Shown one piece after another: positions 1 through 14,082 of a DNA stretch of 64,000 bases. Origin of the DNA: Octopus sinensis (Eukaryota); assembly GCF_006345805.1 (NCBI RefSeq), contig NC_043013.1, positions 56,296,001 to 56,360,000 of the forward strand, read 5' to 3'. The notes beneath the pieces were generated by a model that was not told the origin of the DNA, made no database searches, and saw only the letters and a program-made list of their open reading frames with translations. The translations under genes and the position numbers were made by a program. Position 1 is the stretch's first letter; each line of letters starts with the position of its first letter.

Positions 1-116
1 TGATAATAGAAATATCATTGCAGGTAAGCTAACGGAGGTTTGGAAGTGAGTAGCAGCCAAGATGGATGTCCTCCTTTCTCTGGCATCTGCTGATACTACA
101 CACGCATGCACACACA

Positions 117-172
<56 letters not shown>

Positions 173-784
173 CACACATGCACGCACGCACACACACAAA
201 ATGAAAGGAGACTCTATTCAGTCACTTGACCCACAAGAAAATGCTGATAATAGAAATATTATTGCAGGTAGGCTAGAGATTAGGTACTGACCATTGGCTA
301 AATATATTGGTGTGATTGATAGTGTTAGCCTTAATGGAGGCCCTCATTTTTTTGTCACTTAATGATGCTGCACATGTATAGAATCACACACACATCAACG
401 ATAGATTTCTCTCCACAATCACTTCATCTGTTAAAAAAACAATAACAATAGAAGGGTTGTTGGAGCAACAGTTTTCCCCTCCTGAAGAGGTGGCCTTCTT
501 CGTGGCAAATTATTAACTAACATAAAATTCTAATGACCGTTCTGTGTTGACACTAATATATTCTGTTCTATTCTTTTCTATTCTTTTATATTCTTTCTAT
601 TCTTTTCTATTCTTATCCTCATTTTATGTCTGTGCTTGGGACTCTCCATATTGGCGTTGGTTGGGTTTTCTGGTTTGACACAATCGCAACAGCAGAAGAA
701 TCATGGCTCACTCTAATGTCTCAGTTCTGGACAGGTTTCTGCTGCAGGATGCGCTTCCTAACACTAACTATTTTACAGAATGCC

Positions 785-890
785 AGATTGAAGCCTGGTG
801 CAACCATCTGGTTCGCCGGCCCTCAGCCCAAATCGTCAAACCCATGCTAGCATGGAAAGCGGACGTTAAATGATGATGATGATGATGATG
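785..890 (+). mobile_element. RTE 3'-end fragment
   Basis: CCCATGCTAGCATGGAAAGCGGACGTTAAA(TGA)n. Confidence 0.8.
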
Positions 891-1526
891 ACAGTGTCCT
901 TCATCCCTAGGGTTTCATATGTGAAATGTGCTAAAACCTGGTCCTTATACAATCGTCAATACAGTTGTTCGTCTCATCCCAAAAGATTGTGCATTTTTCA
1001 CCTTTTACATGGCGTTTTAGCCAGTTTATCTTCCAGCATTATATCGTTTTACGCCATGGGGTTAAAAAATAAAGTCACAAATGAATGAGAAAGTAGTCGA
1101 TAAACAGATTTAAACAAATCTGAATTCAAAGCAATCGTGGGAATCACGAGTGATGACGATGCCTAACGGTAGATATTGGAACTGCAGTGCAATATGATGA
1201 GCTCTGAAAGACTGATAAATAAGACAACACAGCTGAGTTCATGATTTCTTTCACTAAGCTTCACTACTTTATGGCATGTATCTTAACATTTACTATGTGT
1301 ATTTTCATATGATTTTACATGTTTTATTCGTATTTATTGTACAGCTACATGATTTTATATGTTTTTTACGATTTTCTTGAGATATTACGTTTCCAAATTT
1401 ATGGTGGACAGACGTAAAGTCGAGTAAAATGACTTGACTTGATTTTTATTTTTCCATATATTATTTTTTTAAACTGATGTTTAATCAAAAATGACTTAAG
1501 TTGAGATATGCTTGTGTATATATGTG

Positions 1527-1584
<58 letters not shown>

Positions 1585-1905
1585 CATCATCATCATCATC
1601 GTTTAACGTCCGTTTTCCATGCTAGCATAGGTTGGACGGTTCAACCGGGGTTCTGGGAAGCCAGGAGGCTGCACCAGGCACCTGTCTGATTTGGCAGTGT
1701 TTCTACAGCAGGATGCCCTTCCTAACGCCAACCACTCCGTGAGTGTAGTGGGTGCTTTTTACTCGCCACCGGCACAGTGGCCACAGGAGGCTGGCAAATG
1801 GCCACGATCAGTTGGTGCTTTTACGTGTCACCGACACGGACGCCAGTCGGGCGGCGCTGGCATCTGCCATGTTCGGACAGTGCTTTTAACGTGTCACCGG
1901 CACGG
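1585..1905 (-). mobile_element. 5'-truncated RTE 3'-end copy
   Basis: Reverse complement of 52005-52180 plus 3'-UTR subunits; (CAT)n tail. Confidence 0.85.
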
Positions 1906-2611
1906 GTGAGAGAGAAAGAATTAGACAGATAGAAAGAAAGTAGGATAGATAGCTATGTTCATATATGTTTGTACATGTGTCCGTGTGTTTGTTTATGTGT
2001 GTGTGTGTGTGTGTGTGTGTGAGTGAAAGTGCATTATGTGAGAAACAGGTGAGTCCTGACAACCAGAAATATCTTGTAGCCATTAAACCTTTGCCTCACA
2101 ATCATTTCCTGGCCAAGCCATACGTGTATGGAAAACCAGACGTTAACCAACAAAGCAGTGAAGGAAGCAATATTTTCGAAACTGTAAAGCTTTGTATAAA
2201 TAATTCCACAAACATAACAACATTAACACATTAATTCTATACCAGTCGACTTAATAAATACGGCACCCTATAACTCACACAATGCATTCTGCTGGTTATT
2301 TTCGTTCCTAACATTACACAACCATATTTCATAGATAAAATGCTTTTCTTTCTGTTAAATCTAATTAGATAATGTTATTTATTTATCCTGAGGCCATGAA
2401 AATACAAATTTTTCTCTCTTTCAATGGTAACATACCTTAAGTTGGCAAAGAATAAAGGAATGTTCTTTTGTTGAAGAATATCAGAACAGAATGCAGTTTC
2501 AGCAGATGTTTCTTTATTTCTGTATGCATTAGTGCTAGCTTGATTACCAAACTACCTTTCTCAAAGAATCACACATACACACACACACATACGTACATAC
2601 ATATACATATT

Positions 2612-2675
<64 letters not shown>

Positions 2676-2738
2676 CGTTAGGTATGTATACACACATATG
2701 TGTATATACATATATGTGTGATTAATATATAATTATGT

Positions 2739-2777
<39 letters not shown>

Positions 2778-2778
2778 T

Positions 2779-2837
<59 letters not shown>

Positions 2838-3661
2838 CATGTATATATCAGTATATATCTGTGAGTGTGTGTGTAAAAGGATGTTGTATTCATGCTTATA
2901 AGCTTATGAATAATTCTACAAAAAAAAAAGGAAAAATAAAGAAAAGAAAAAAAGTAATAATAATAGTGGTAAAAATTTATGGAATTCTTGAAATGTAAAT
3001 ATAGAAGTTGCAAGGAATTTGTTTTCCATGTGAGATGAAGAACAATCTCTTCTGGAATCAATAAGTAAATATGCTAAATTGTCTATGAAATTCTCCTTTG
3101 AGTGCATTAGAGAAATAAGAGGAGAGAAAATGTATGTGATTCCATGAAAGAAATATCATTTAATGTGAATGCATAATGAAAAAGCAGAATGAAAAACTGC
3201 AGGGAATTGGTGGCAGAGTTTAGAGCGAGAAAGAATTTGTGAAGTAGAAATAGATCAGAAAACATTGGACTTTGCAGATGAAATAACAATAGAACGGAGA
3301 AGAGGCACGGAGAAAAGCTTTGGTGTAAGATCTTTCTGATGGGTGCTAAATTGCTACTTCTGCTGCTGCTGCTGCTGATGGTGATGATGATGATGATGAT
3401 GATGATGGCAGCAATGGTAATAATAATGATGATGATGATGGGAGCAACGGTAATAATAATGACGACGATGATGATGACGATGATGATGATGGTGATGTGA
3501 GTCTAGTTGCTTAAGTTTTAGAAGAAACCTTTCTGAAGATGATACACAGTTCACCGACTACTTTATTGGGGAAGATATTTACATACATATAGATATACAT
3601 GCACAACACACACATACACACACTCACACAGACACACACAGATACACATATACATTTTACA

Positions 3662-3870
3662 TCTTTTATCTTTTACTTGTTTCGGTCACTGGACTGCAGT
3701 CACGCTGGGGCGCATGCTTAAATGCCTTAGTCAAGCACATCAACCCCCAGCATACTTATTTGGGTAGTTAATCTATCAGTCTCATTTGCCAAACTGCCAA
3801 GTTGCAGGGACATAAACAAACCAGCAATGGTGATCAAATGGTGGTGGTGGTGGTGGGATAAACACAGACA
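3662..3870 (-). mobile_element. SINE family A, diverged 3' half
   Basis: Reverse complement of the family tail and body. Confidence 0.7.
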
Positions 3871-4162
3871 CACACACATACACATGTATATGTACATGTG
3901 TGTAATTCCCATTTTCCCTCCCCTTCACCGTTTTTTTATCTGTCCCTCTCTCTCCCGCTCTTTTTCCTTTTCTCTCTCTCTCTCTCTCTCATTGCTCACA
4001 GGTGACTATCGTCCATCTTTCTTTTCCTCATGTGATTATCTTTCTTTTCTTTCAAGACTGGACGTATAGTACCTTTCTCTTCTATCTTTTCTCTTGTCAA
4101 CGAAAATATTTCTCCAGCATTAGCTATTTTACCCTCGTTTTGGTCTAATAACCCTCCATGCA

Positions 4163-4217
<55 letters not shown>

Positions 4218-7200
4218 TCACACACATAATACACACACACACATACATTTATATACATTCAGTTATGGTCGGATGTGTGTGGTGGCGTACATTAATGTAT
4301 TTGGTATTGTTTTGAGAATGGTTTGTCCCATTAATGTTGATATATTTTAAGTCTCTGCTACCATTAGAACCAATGCAGTGACAGGTGCTAAAAGAATAAA
4401 ACAAGTTTTAAGGGACTGAGACACAAGAATATTAAAATATTTCTTTCTTTGCCATTTGTTAATTCAAAACTAGTGTTGAAGAATTTATTTCCAATATTTT
4501 TAAAATATTTCTCAGTTTGAACACCCATTCTTTGAGAGAGGGGCAGGGAGAGAAAGTGAGAGAGAGTCAGAGAGAGGGGGGAGAGAGTGAGTATCTGTCT
4601 TCAAATTTGTCTGATTCTTGTAAATATTGGAACCTGGCACTGCATTTGAGGATAACACTGCCCCTGAGTTTAATGTTGCACATGAGGGCACCATTACTCA
4701 TGAGGGTACCATTACACTTGAGGGTAACATTGCACATGAGGTTGTTGCAGAGATTCAATTTTGAATCCTTGGATATGAAGTCAGACATCATGAACAAACC
4801 ACCCTAGTTTCATGTGATTGGTTTATTAACCTGCCAGGTTTTATTGAACATTCTAGAATTGGACTTCCATTCTCCTATAAAAACCATTTCGTGCTCATTT
4901 TTGTTAGCCAGAAGAGTGAAAAAGGTGACAAAGACAGATGGTGCAGAAAATGACAAGAACCTTCATCACCACAAAAATAGCACAAAAATTGTTCCCAGTT
5001 ATGTTAGGAAAGCTGCATGTTGCCTTACCAATAGCTTGCCATAATCCCCAAGCGGTATCTCCTTCCCAGTATGTAATAATTTTTCTTGTTAGCTGTAAAA
5101 GACAAATACAGTTTGTTCTTCTGTTAAATGCCTGCAGTCATTTCTTCTATGAAACCTAAGAGACACATCTGCAGTTATCAACTCAACCAGTCCTCACAGC
5201 AACAGCATCAACAACACCTACATAAGGTAACATTGCACCTGAGGCTAAGATTACACCTGAGGGTAACATTACACTTCAGGCTAACATGTAAATCGCTTGA
5301 GGGTGATGTTGTACTTGAGGTTAGCACAGCATTTTATGATAATATTACACTTGAGAGCAACTCTGCATCCAAAACAAGGTTTTGTGATTTAGTCAGAGAA
5401 GAAAGGGTCCTGCTTAGGGGTAATTTGTAGAACTTCCACGAGTAGAGGAAGAAATCCTGGCTTTTGATATATCAATCAAAAACCTTGATAGAAACCTGTG
5501 CAGCAGAGCAGATTCTTCTGACTGTTTCCATATGGTGCCTATCGATATTGGTTTGGAATTGTGTGTCCAAAGATTGTTGATGTATTTCAAGTCTTCACCA
5601 ATATTTGAACTGATGCCCTGACAGACTTTCTGAGTGACTGAATTTGCCAAAGTTTGCTATTTGTTTGGAAATTCCATAATTAAGAACACTCATGTATAAA
5701 ACCTTCTACTGATAAAAAGAATTGAGTCAAGTTAATATAAAATAAATTTTAATATTTACACTTTGAAGAAGATAAAATTGCTATCTTGGAGCATAATTCA
5801 TTCTTTACAATATTTTGTTTGTGAAAAGAATTCAATTTATCAGAACAAATATATTGATAGTCCCTTAAGAGACGGCACATCAATAATCTCTTACTTCAAA
5901 AAGATTGTAATTCTAGGCTTCAAAAGAATTGCTTCTATTGATAGAAGAATCACTAGAATAATGTGGAGAGTTTAGAAAACATTGTCTTAATTATTCTAAT
6001 TCTTGCTTCGTTGGTGACCTCTGCCCTGAAACCAAAGTAAATATCTAATGACAATTAGCCCTTGATAAAGATCAGTTAGAGTGATGAATGTTTCTTGTAC
6101 TTCAAACTGTCATGTTGTATATTACAGTACAATAGGTCAGATGATGTAAAGAATGACCAGGGAAACAATACTCAGGGACTCCTGCTGTATGGAAACTTAA
6201 CAGTAATGTAGATGCTAGTATATTTAATGCAGTATGCAAATAAATCTAAATTAAATTTACACCTTTGGTAATTAGAGCCAAATTACTTAAATGACAAATT
6301 TTGATCATAAAAAGGTAAAGAAGACAACTTCCAAATGTTAATTAATTAAATTAATTAGATATCAAATGCATTGGGGAATAAAACTGATTAATTTTAATTA
6401 ATTAAAACTCCAGGGTTGTCCTCTCTGCCTGTTTTCCTTTTATAATAATCATGCGTTTTTAGAGTTATTGTTCCTATCAGTGAGGCTGTAATGAAATTAC
6501 TTGGTTTACTCCATCACATTAGTTCTCACTTTACCATTTGAATATCATACGGCAAGCTGCCCCCAAGTAATAGTCCCACTGTATTTTCCTTTACAAAAGC
6601 CTTTGCACTTGTCCACTAGTTTAAAGTAATTGTGTTTCACTGAGGAGGCAGAATGGAAAGGAAACGAAATATCCACATCTGTCACCATGTTGCCTAAAAT
6701 CGCACTCACCACTGTACTCAATATTTAATTAATTCTCTCCCCCCACCCTACCTGCTTTTTTCCATAAATAATTAGCTATATAATGATAGACTAAGGCAGT
6801 GCTCCAGCATGGCCACAGTCAAATGACTGAAACAAGTAAAAGAGAAAAGAGAAAGAGAGACCGAATTATTATTACAAAAATTAAGACTGCAAACTAGCAA
6901 AACCATTAGGAAGTTAAACAAAATGTATTGCAACGTTTTTCCAGTTCTTTACACACCGAGTTCAAATCCTGCTGAGGTCAGCTTTACCTTTCCTCCATCT
7001 GTGCTCTTGAAAATATAGTACCAGTCAAATACTGGGGTCATTGTAAAAGACTAATCCCTCACCCCACAAATGTGCTGACTTTGCACTAAAATTAGAAAAT
7101 ATTATTAAAGGTTTAACTGCAAGAAATCACACTCACATACCATTATATTATTCTTTAATTAATAATGTCTCCCCACCCCCATCAGCCTCTTTTTAACCAG

Positions 7201-7695
7201 AAGTAATTATTTATGTAATGATGATCTCTTTATTAAAGCAGTAACTCTAATTGCTGCAGTTCCTAGCATCACTACATTAAGTCTCCAAGAATCCACTTCA
7301 GTGGTTATATGATGCAAAGAGTTTCTTCTGCTTGATTAGATGGGAAGAATTTCCCAAAAAGGAAGCAAATAAAATGTAGGAAGTACCATTTTAGTCATTG
7401 GGAGACTTTCTTAATCACAGATGTGTAATAATTAAATTTGGTTTAATTGGTTAAAGCAGTGAGGAAGAGGACATTGAACTCAAAATGTATGCATTGTTCT
7501 GGTCACATTTTAAGAAGCCCTGCATTCATTCACATACACAAACTAATGAATATGTGTGTCTGCATGTTTTTAAGTACATAGGTGTATACACACACATATT
7601 TATATTATATTATTTAATTCGTAGATATATATACATCCAGTATGGACACAGATGTTAAATGATGCTGTTGCTGATGGTTTGTGTGTGTATATAAA

Positions 7696-8106
7696 GTGCA
7701 GGCATGGTTGTGAGGTAAGAAATTGGTTCCCCAGCCACATGGTTCTGGGTTCAGTCCCACTCTGTAGCACCTTGGCTTGGGCAAGTGTCTTCTACAATAA
7801 CCTCATGCTGACCAAAAATTTGTGAGTACATTTGGTAGATGGAAACTGAAAGAAGCCCATTGTATATATCTATGTATGTGTGTCTTTGTGTCTGTGTTTG
7901 ACTCCCACCACTGCTTCACAACTGGTATTTCTGTATTTATGCCCCTGTAACTTAGTGGTTCAGAAAAAGAGAACAATAAAATAAGTACTGGATTTTAAAA
8001 TAAAAATAAATTTTGGGGTTGATTTGTTCCACTAAAATTCCCCAGTGGTGCCCCAGCATGGCCACAGTCTAATGACTGAAACAAGCAAAAGATAAAAGAT
8101 AAAAGA
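7696..8106 (+). mobile_element. tRNA-derived SINE, family A
   Basis: Same head, CCTTGGGCAAGTGTCTTC body and CCAGCATGGCCACAGTC..GACTGAAACAAG tail. Confidence 0.85.
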
Positions 8107-8938
8107 AATGTTTAGAATATTCCTTAACATTTATCCTTTGTAATATTAAGAAGACTGGGTGCCTGGTTTTACTTAATCCTGTGGTCCTAGGTGACTATGG
8201 CTCTCAACAGGTTTATTAACAAAATTGCTTTTCTTACAAACAACATAGAGATATATCTCTCTACATTTCTTTCTTTTCCGTACTATCTCTCTTTCTCTGT
8301 TACAGTTGCATAACAAGAAAGATGTATGTGAATACAGCAGAAGAGATGGGAAGCTGTATCTATGAGAAATACTTGTTATTTAATTCTAAATAACCAAGTG
8401 ACATGTACTGAATCTTCGAACATTTGATAAACAGACTTAACGCTGGAGAATGGCAGGAACAATTTTAAAGCCACCAGAAATGGTTAGGAACGACATGATA
8501 TTTAAGTATGTGAAAGGTTGTTAGATATATAAGTGAAAGTAGAGGGTGAGAGAGTTTAGATTAATAAAAGAAAATGTATTAGGTGACAGACTTGGAAAAC
8601 AAGTCTGGGAATAAAGTGTTAATTAAAGAAAATATATCTGATAGGAAGACCAGGAAACAAACAGAGAGAAAAAAACTGGATAAAGAATAAAGTATGTGAT
8701 TTGGTGCAACACGGGAGTGTGAGTGAGAGAGATTGTGGTTTTGTGTTTGATAAGCTGTCTGTGTGAGAGAGAGAGAGAGAGATGTGATGTGTGTGCTGTG
8801 TGTTGTATCTGCTACTCTGTGTGTGTGTGTGTTTGTGCAGAAATGATTGGCCAGTTATTGTGTGCGTGTATATGGGGAATTTCTAAATTTGTACAGAAAT
8901 ATGTCTAGGCCACAAAAATGCCTCTATGTGTGCATGTG

Positions 8939-8970
<32 letters not shown>

Positions 8971-8973
<3 letters not shown>

Positions 8974-9034
8974 TGTGTTTGTGTATATTCATACACACAC
9001 GCACACACATTTATATATGTGTGTTTATGTATGC

Positions 9035-9073
<39 letters not shown>

Positions 9074-9153
9074 TGTGTTTGTGTATATTCATACACACAC
9101 GCACACACATTTATATATGTGTGTTTATGTATGCGTGTATATATATATATATG

Positions 9154-9160
<7 letters not shown>
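8971..9160. repeat. 100-bp tandem duplication of a compound microsatellite
   Basis: GCATGTGTTTGTGTATATTCATACACACACGCACACAC.. starts at 8971 and again at 9071. Confidence 0.9.
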
Positions 9161-9211
<51 letters not shown>

Positions 9212-10277
9212 TATATATATGATAATGTAGATAAATAGTGACATATTTGAAGAGTCTCATAAATATGTGTGTATATTTGTGTCAAAATATTCATAGAAAG
9301 TGAGTCTGTGCGAATGTGCTTTTGCAGAAGTACAAGTATACCATGCAGGTTATACACTTGTGCATACATTTATATCTGTGTGTTTTAAGGATTTTGTCTG
9401 TTTTTTTTTAAATATTGTGTCTTTTCTTTGCATTTTGATGTATCTGCTTGTGTACATCAGATAATGTATGTAAATTGCGTGTACATCTACATGTACGCAT
9501 TTAAGCATGCATGCATGTATCCACCTGTGTGTGTGTACGTGTACGTATGTATACATATGTGTATGTATGTATATATGTACTTAAGCATGCATGTATGCCT
9601 CTATGCATTTATATGTGCATGTGTATGCATGAAAATGTGTCCCTATGCATGTGCCAATGTATGTATATATACGTATGACTAATTATTTTATATATATAGG
9701 CATTTTAGCACGTGTGTATGTACATATACACACACACAGATGCATATATATATATACACACATGCATGCACACACACATGCACACACACATGCACACACA
9801 CATATCTTCATATATGTTGAACAGGTTTTTGCATGTGCGTTGAACAAATGAAGATTTGCTTTATAAGTTTGCACAAATAGAATAAAGAAAAAAAAAATGA
9901 AATTAGCTCAAAAAAAGCTAAAAGAAAGAGAAACAAAAAGACAAAAATATTTTTATATTTATATTTTTTAGAAACATTTTTTTCCTCCTGGAAAACTAAT
10001 TTTTTTCTGCTGCTAATATGATTTCTTTGCAGTATCTACTGAATCTGGTTTCATGTTGTATCTTTTAGACTTTTATCTCATTTGATAACATCAAGCAACA
10101 AAATCAGGAAGATATACATACATATATACTTATATGTATATGTGTATATATATGTATGTGTGTGTGCTTATATATATATGCATATAAGTCTGTATATATG
10201 TATGTCTATATATGTGGGTGTGTATGTTATTTAAGAATAGATTCAACATACACACATACACACATATAGAGAGAGGT

Positions 10278-10312
<35 letters not shown>

Positions 10313-10648
10313 AGGAGAGCATCATCTGTGGGTATTTCTGTGGGAACTTCACAACTGGTTGAAAGAAAACCAAGCAAACAAGAGAAGATATTTGCAAAAG
10401 ATGAACAAATTAAAACAACAACAGCAGCAGCAGCAGTAACAACAATTAGCACCACCACCATCACAACAACAACAACAATAATTACAACTACAGGGAGATA
10501 ACATTATCATATTGCAGTAGAATTGCTAATAATCAATGTGAGATTCAATCATTCTCATTGTTTAAACAATCCTAAATTACTTAATCTATTGGCAACGATG
10601 TAATATGAACAAGGAGCTGGGTGGGGCACTACTATACTTCATTTTTAT

Positions 10649-10700
<52 letters not shown>

Positions 10701-10707
10701 CATTATT

Positions 10708-11171
10708 GAAGACACTGCACAGTATCTGATATCATGATGTTGATGGAAAATATTGTGTGTATCGGGAGTGAAGTCCCAACAAGGACCTCAAACACAAAAT
10801 CCTTCACACAGTATGCTTGCAGTTCCGAGTAGAGCCAATTTCTGCCAATTGTAGGGTATTTCTAATGTGCCCAGATGTTTCTCATCAATGCTCCGATGAC
10901 AATAGAGTCAACCTTTATGCTTGACTCTCGTAGCTGCCTCATCTTTGCAATCTCAATTCTCAGGTCTCCATATTTATCAGTCTTTTCACTTTCTTTCATG
11001 ATAATATATTGATCTCCTGGCACTTCCTCATCGATTATTAGGCACTCTTGTTTGTCCCTCCTAAAGGTTATTATATCTGGCCTTTGGTGCTCTAATACCT
11101 TGTCGATCTGGAAGTCAAGGTCCCAGAGGATTTTTGCCTTATCCTCCATTACCTTTTCTGGTGTATGTTGG
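10708..11171 (-). mobile_element. R4/Dong-like non-LTR retrotransposon 3' fragment (restriction-like endonuclease)
   Basis: HTPEKVMEDKAKILWDL..HQRPDI..CLIID..VPGD..KESEKTDKYGDL..IVIGAL and QKLALLGTASIL; embedded between (TAA)n tracts. Confidence 0.85.
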
Positions 11172-11368
11172 TTATTATTATTATTATTATTATTACTTTA
11201 TGTTTGACTTTTGCTTTGAATTTGTACAAGTTGGCTCCAAGTCTCACCCAGAGACCTCAAGAGACAACAAGTTGGAAGTTCATGTTGGTGTTATGCCTAG
11301 GGTGCCATATATTTGGTTTTGTATATAGTGTTGTTCTAGAGAATGTTTAAGAAACCATAAGAAAATCA

Positions 11369-11417
<49 letters not shown>

Positions 11418-11439
11418 CATTATTATTATTATTATTATC

Positions 11440-11660
11440 AAGGTGGTGAGCAGGCAGAATTGCTAGCATGCTGGGTAAAATGCTTAGCAGTATTTTGCCT
11501 GTCACTATGTTCAGTGTTTAAATTCTGCCAAAGTCGACTTTGCCTTTCATCCTTTCACAGTTGATAAAATAAGAATCAGTTGGGTGCTGTGATCAATGTA
11601 ATCGATGTATCCCTTCCCCCAAAATTTCGGGCCTTGTTCCTCAATAATAGAAGGAATTAT
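11440..11660 (+). mobile_element. tRNA-derived SINE, family B, with (ATT)n tail
   Basis: GGTGGTGAGCAGGCAGAATTGCTAGC..AATGCTTAGC..AAATTCTGCCAAAGTCGACTTTGCCTTTCATCC..GGCCTTGT..AGAAGGAATTATT. Confidence 0.8.
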
Positions 11661-11664
11661 TATC

Positions 11665-12021
11665 ATTACCTCTGCCTTAGCGAAGATGGAGGTATTGTTT
11701 CCAGTCGAGTTTGTTTGCTTGTCCATGGACAAAATATCTCAAGAACTGCTGGATGGATTCGAATGAAACTTTCAGAGATGTTTGGCCTCGTGGCTAGCAC
11801 AAACTGATTAGATTTTGGGATTGATCCAGTACCAGACAAGGATTCTGGATTATTTTTTACTTAATTTTTGAGAGCAGTCAGGTTCATTTTCAGTATTCTC
11901 GTTTGTGAGAGCAGTTGAGTTTATTTCAGATATTCTCATTTTAAAAATCACCTCCAGCTAATCATTGAAAGGACGTTGGTGTTGCCTTGGCAGAGGTTTG
12001 AGCTCTCTGAACGCTCTTGTT
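11665..12021 (+). mobile_element. Helentron/HINE-like non-autonomous element
   Basis: Subterminal inverted repeat CCTCTGCC 11669-76 / GGCAGAGG 11989-96 and a short 3' hairpin GAGC..GCTC. Partial sister copies at 12021-12190 (5' half) and 12751-12968 (3' half). Confidence 0.7.
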
Positions 12022-12494
12022 ATCTCTGCCTTAGCGAAGACAGGTATGTTTGTTTGTCTGTGGACAAGATATCTCAAGAACTGCTGGATGGATTCGGATG
12101 AAACTTTCAGGGATGTATGACCTCGTGACTGGCATGAGCTGATTACATTGTGTGATCGATCCAGTACCGGACAAGGATTCTGGATTATTTGTTATATTTA
12201 CTTTACATGAAGTATTATGATCTTACGTTCACTTTCAAGTCTTTCTCTGATTATCTTCCTTGAAATCATGCCCATGGCTTCCACGTGTGTTATGGATAAA
12301 GAAATCAAACCACATAAACAAACGGCAGCAAAACCGTTCAGAAATTAAATAACACTAACATATTCAGTAACAATAGTAAATTTAATTTATCTTCGACAAT
12401 TTTTAGTCTTACCAATTTTGAATATATCGCTCCTGTTTAAAACCTCTGACCTACTTGCCAATTGCATTTCTAGCTCTGCCTTGAAGGAAGCTTT

Positions 12495-12680
12495 ACTTGG
12501 GCTCGCGTTTTTGTGTGCAACGATATTGTTAAACCTCTGTTAATAGCACTGTATGCAGGTCCTTTCCGTTTTCTTTCATGCATGGATAAAGTTTTCACTA
12601 TAGAGCTTAATGGTCGTAAGGACATTATATCAGTGGATAGACTAAAAAAGGCCTTCATAGAGAAAACTACCCCTGTTCCT
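12495..12680 (+). pseudogene. Ty3/gypsy integrase C-terminal GPY/F remnant
   Basis: ARVFVCNDIVKPLLIALYAGPFRFLSCMDKVFTIELNGRKDIISVDRLKKA matches the HVFVR..PYxGPF..V...DK.F.I..NG....VSIDRLKPA pattern. Confidence 0.75.
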
Positions 12681-12966
12681 ACTGCAGACAGCACACACAC
12701 AGCATTACAAACACATCCCGCACACCCATTGGTCATTCCATGACTACCATTGGGATCGATCAGGTACTGGACAAGGATTCTGGATTATTGTTCCGTTTTT
12801 TTTTTTACTTAATTTCTGAGAGCTGTCAGGTTCGTTTTTAGTATTTTCGTTTTTGAGAGAAGTCAAGTTTATTTCAGATGTTCTCATTTTAAGAATCATC
12901 TCTGGATAATCATTGAGAGGACGTTGGTGTTGCCTTGGCAGAGGTTTACGCTCTCTCTGAGTGCTC

Positions 12967-13031
<65 letters not shown>

Positions 13032-13110
13032 TTCATTATTATTATTATTATTATTATTTTCATTATTATTATTATTATTATTATTATTGTTATTATTATT
13101 ATTATTATTA

Positions 13111-13148
<38 letters not shown>

Positions 13149-13318
13149 TTCATTATTATTATTATTATTATTATTATTGTTATTATTATTATTATTATTA
13201 TTGTTATTATTATTATTATTATTATTATTTTTATTATTTTCATTATTATTATTATTGTTATTATTATTTTCATTATTATTATTACTATTATTATTATTAT
13301 TATTGTTATTATTATCAT
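12967..13318. repeat. Long (ATT)n microsatellite with TTC/GTT variants
   Basis: ~350 bp of trinucleotide repeat; source of the poly-N/I/Y/L ORFs. Confidence 0.97.
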
Positions 13319-14042
13319 TGGGGCAGCGAGCTGGCAGAATCATCAGCATGCTAGATGAAATGCTTTATGGCATTTAGCCCATCGCGCCATTCTGAGTTCA
13401 AAATTTGCTGAGGTCGACTTTGCCTTTCATCTTTTTGGAGTTGATAAATTAAGTACCAGTTGCACACTGGGATTGATCTAATCGACAGGCACCCCTCCCC
13501 TCCCCTAAAATGTTGGTCCTTGTGCCTATAGTAGAAAGGATTATTATTATTATTATTATCATTAAGGTGGCAAGCTGGCAGAATCGTTAGCACAATGAGC
13601 AAAATGCTTAGCAGTATTTCATCCATCCTAACATTCAGAGTTCAAACTCCACTGAGGTTAGCTTTGCCTTACATCTTATGGGGTTGATAAAATAACTACC
13701 AGTTGCACACTGGGGTCGATGTAATCAACTCCTCTCCTCCCCACAAAATTTCAGGCCTTGTATCTATAGTACAAAGGATTATTATTATTATTGTTATTAT
13801 CTTTATTATTATCATTACTACTACCAATGTGACAAGCTGGCAGAGCCATTAGTATGCTGGGCAAAATGCTTAGTGGTATTTTATCCATTTTTACGTTCTG
13901 AGTTCAAATTCCACCAAGATCAACTCTGCCTTTTAGCCTTTTTTTAGGGGTGCGATGTCAATAAAATAAATACCAGTTGGAGTCGATGTTATCAACTTGT
14001 CCCCTTCCCTGAACTTGCTGGCCTTGTGCCAAACTTTGATAC

Positions 14043-14045
<3 letters not shown>
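13317..14045 (+). mobile_element. Three head-to-tail SINE family B copies separated by (ATT)n
   Basis: Copies at ~13317-13545, 13563-13780 and 13828-14045, all on the + strand. Confidence 0.8.

Positions 14046-14082
<37 letters not shown>

Noticed and set aside
1-270. 26-bp direct repeat TGATAATAGAAATAT(C/T)ATTGCAGGTA at 1-26 and 245-270
   Set aside because: It lies at the window edge and cannot be interpreted; probably a local duplication.
12744-13377. Long ORFs on both strands (poly-N, -I, -Y, -L), and similar YI/HT/CV-rich ORFs throughout the track
   Set aside because: They are translations of stop-free microsatellites with no domain content.
11440-14045. Family B SINEs as partners of the R4/Dong-like element
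   Set aside because: The SINEs end in (ATT)n on their sense strand whereas the RLE element ends in (AAT)n, i.e. opposite polarity, and no shared 3' sequence was seen.
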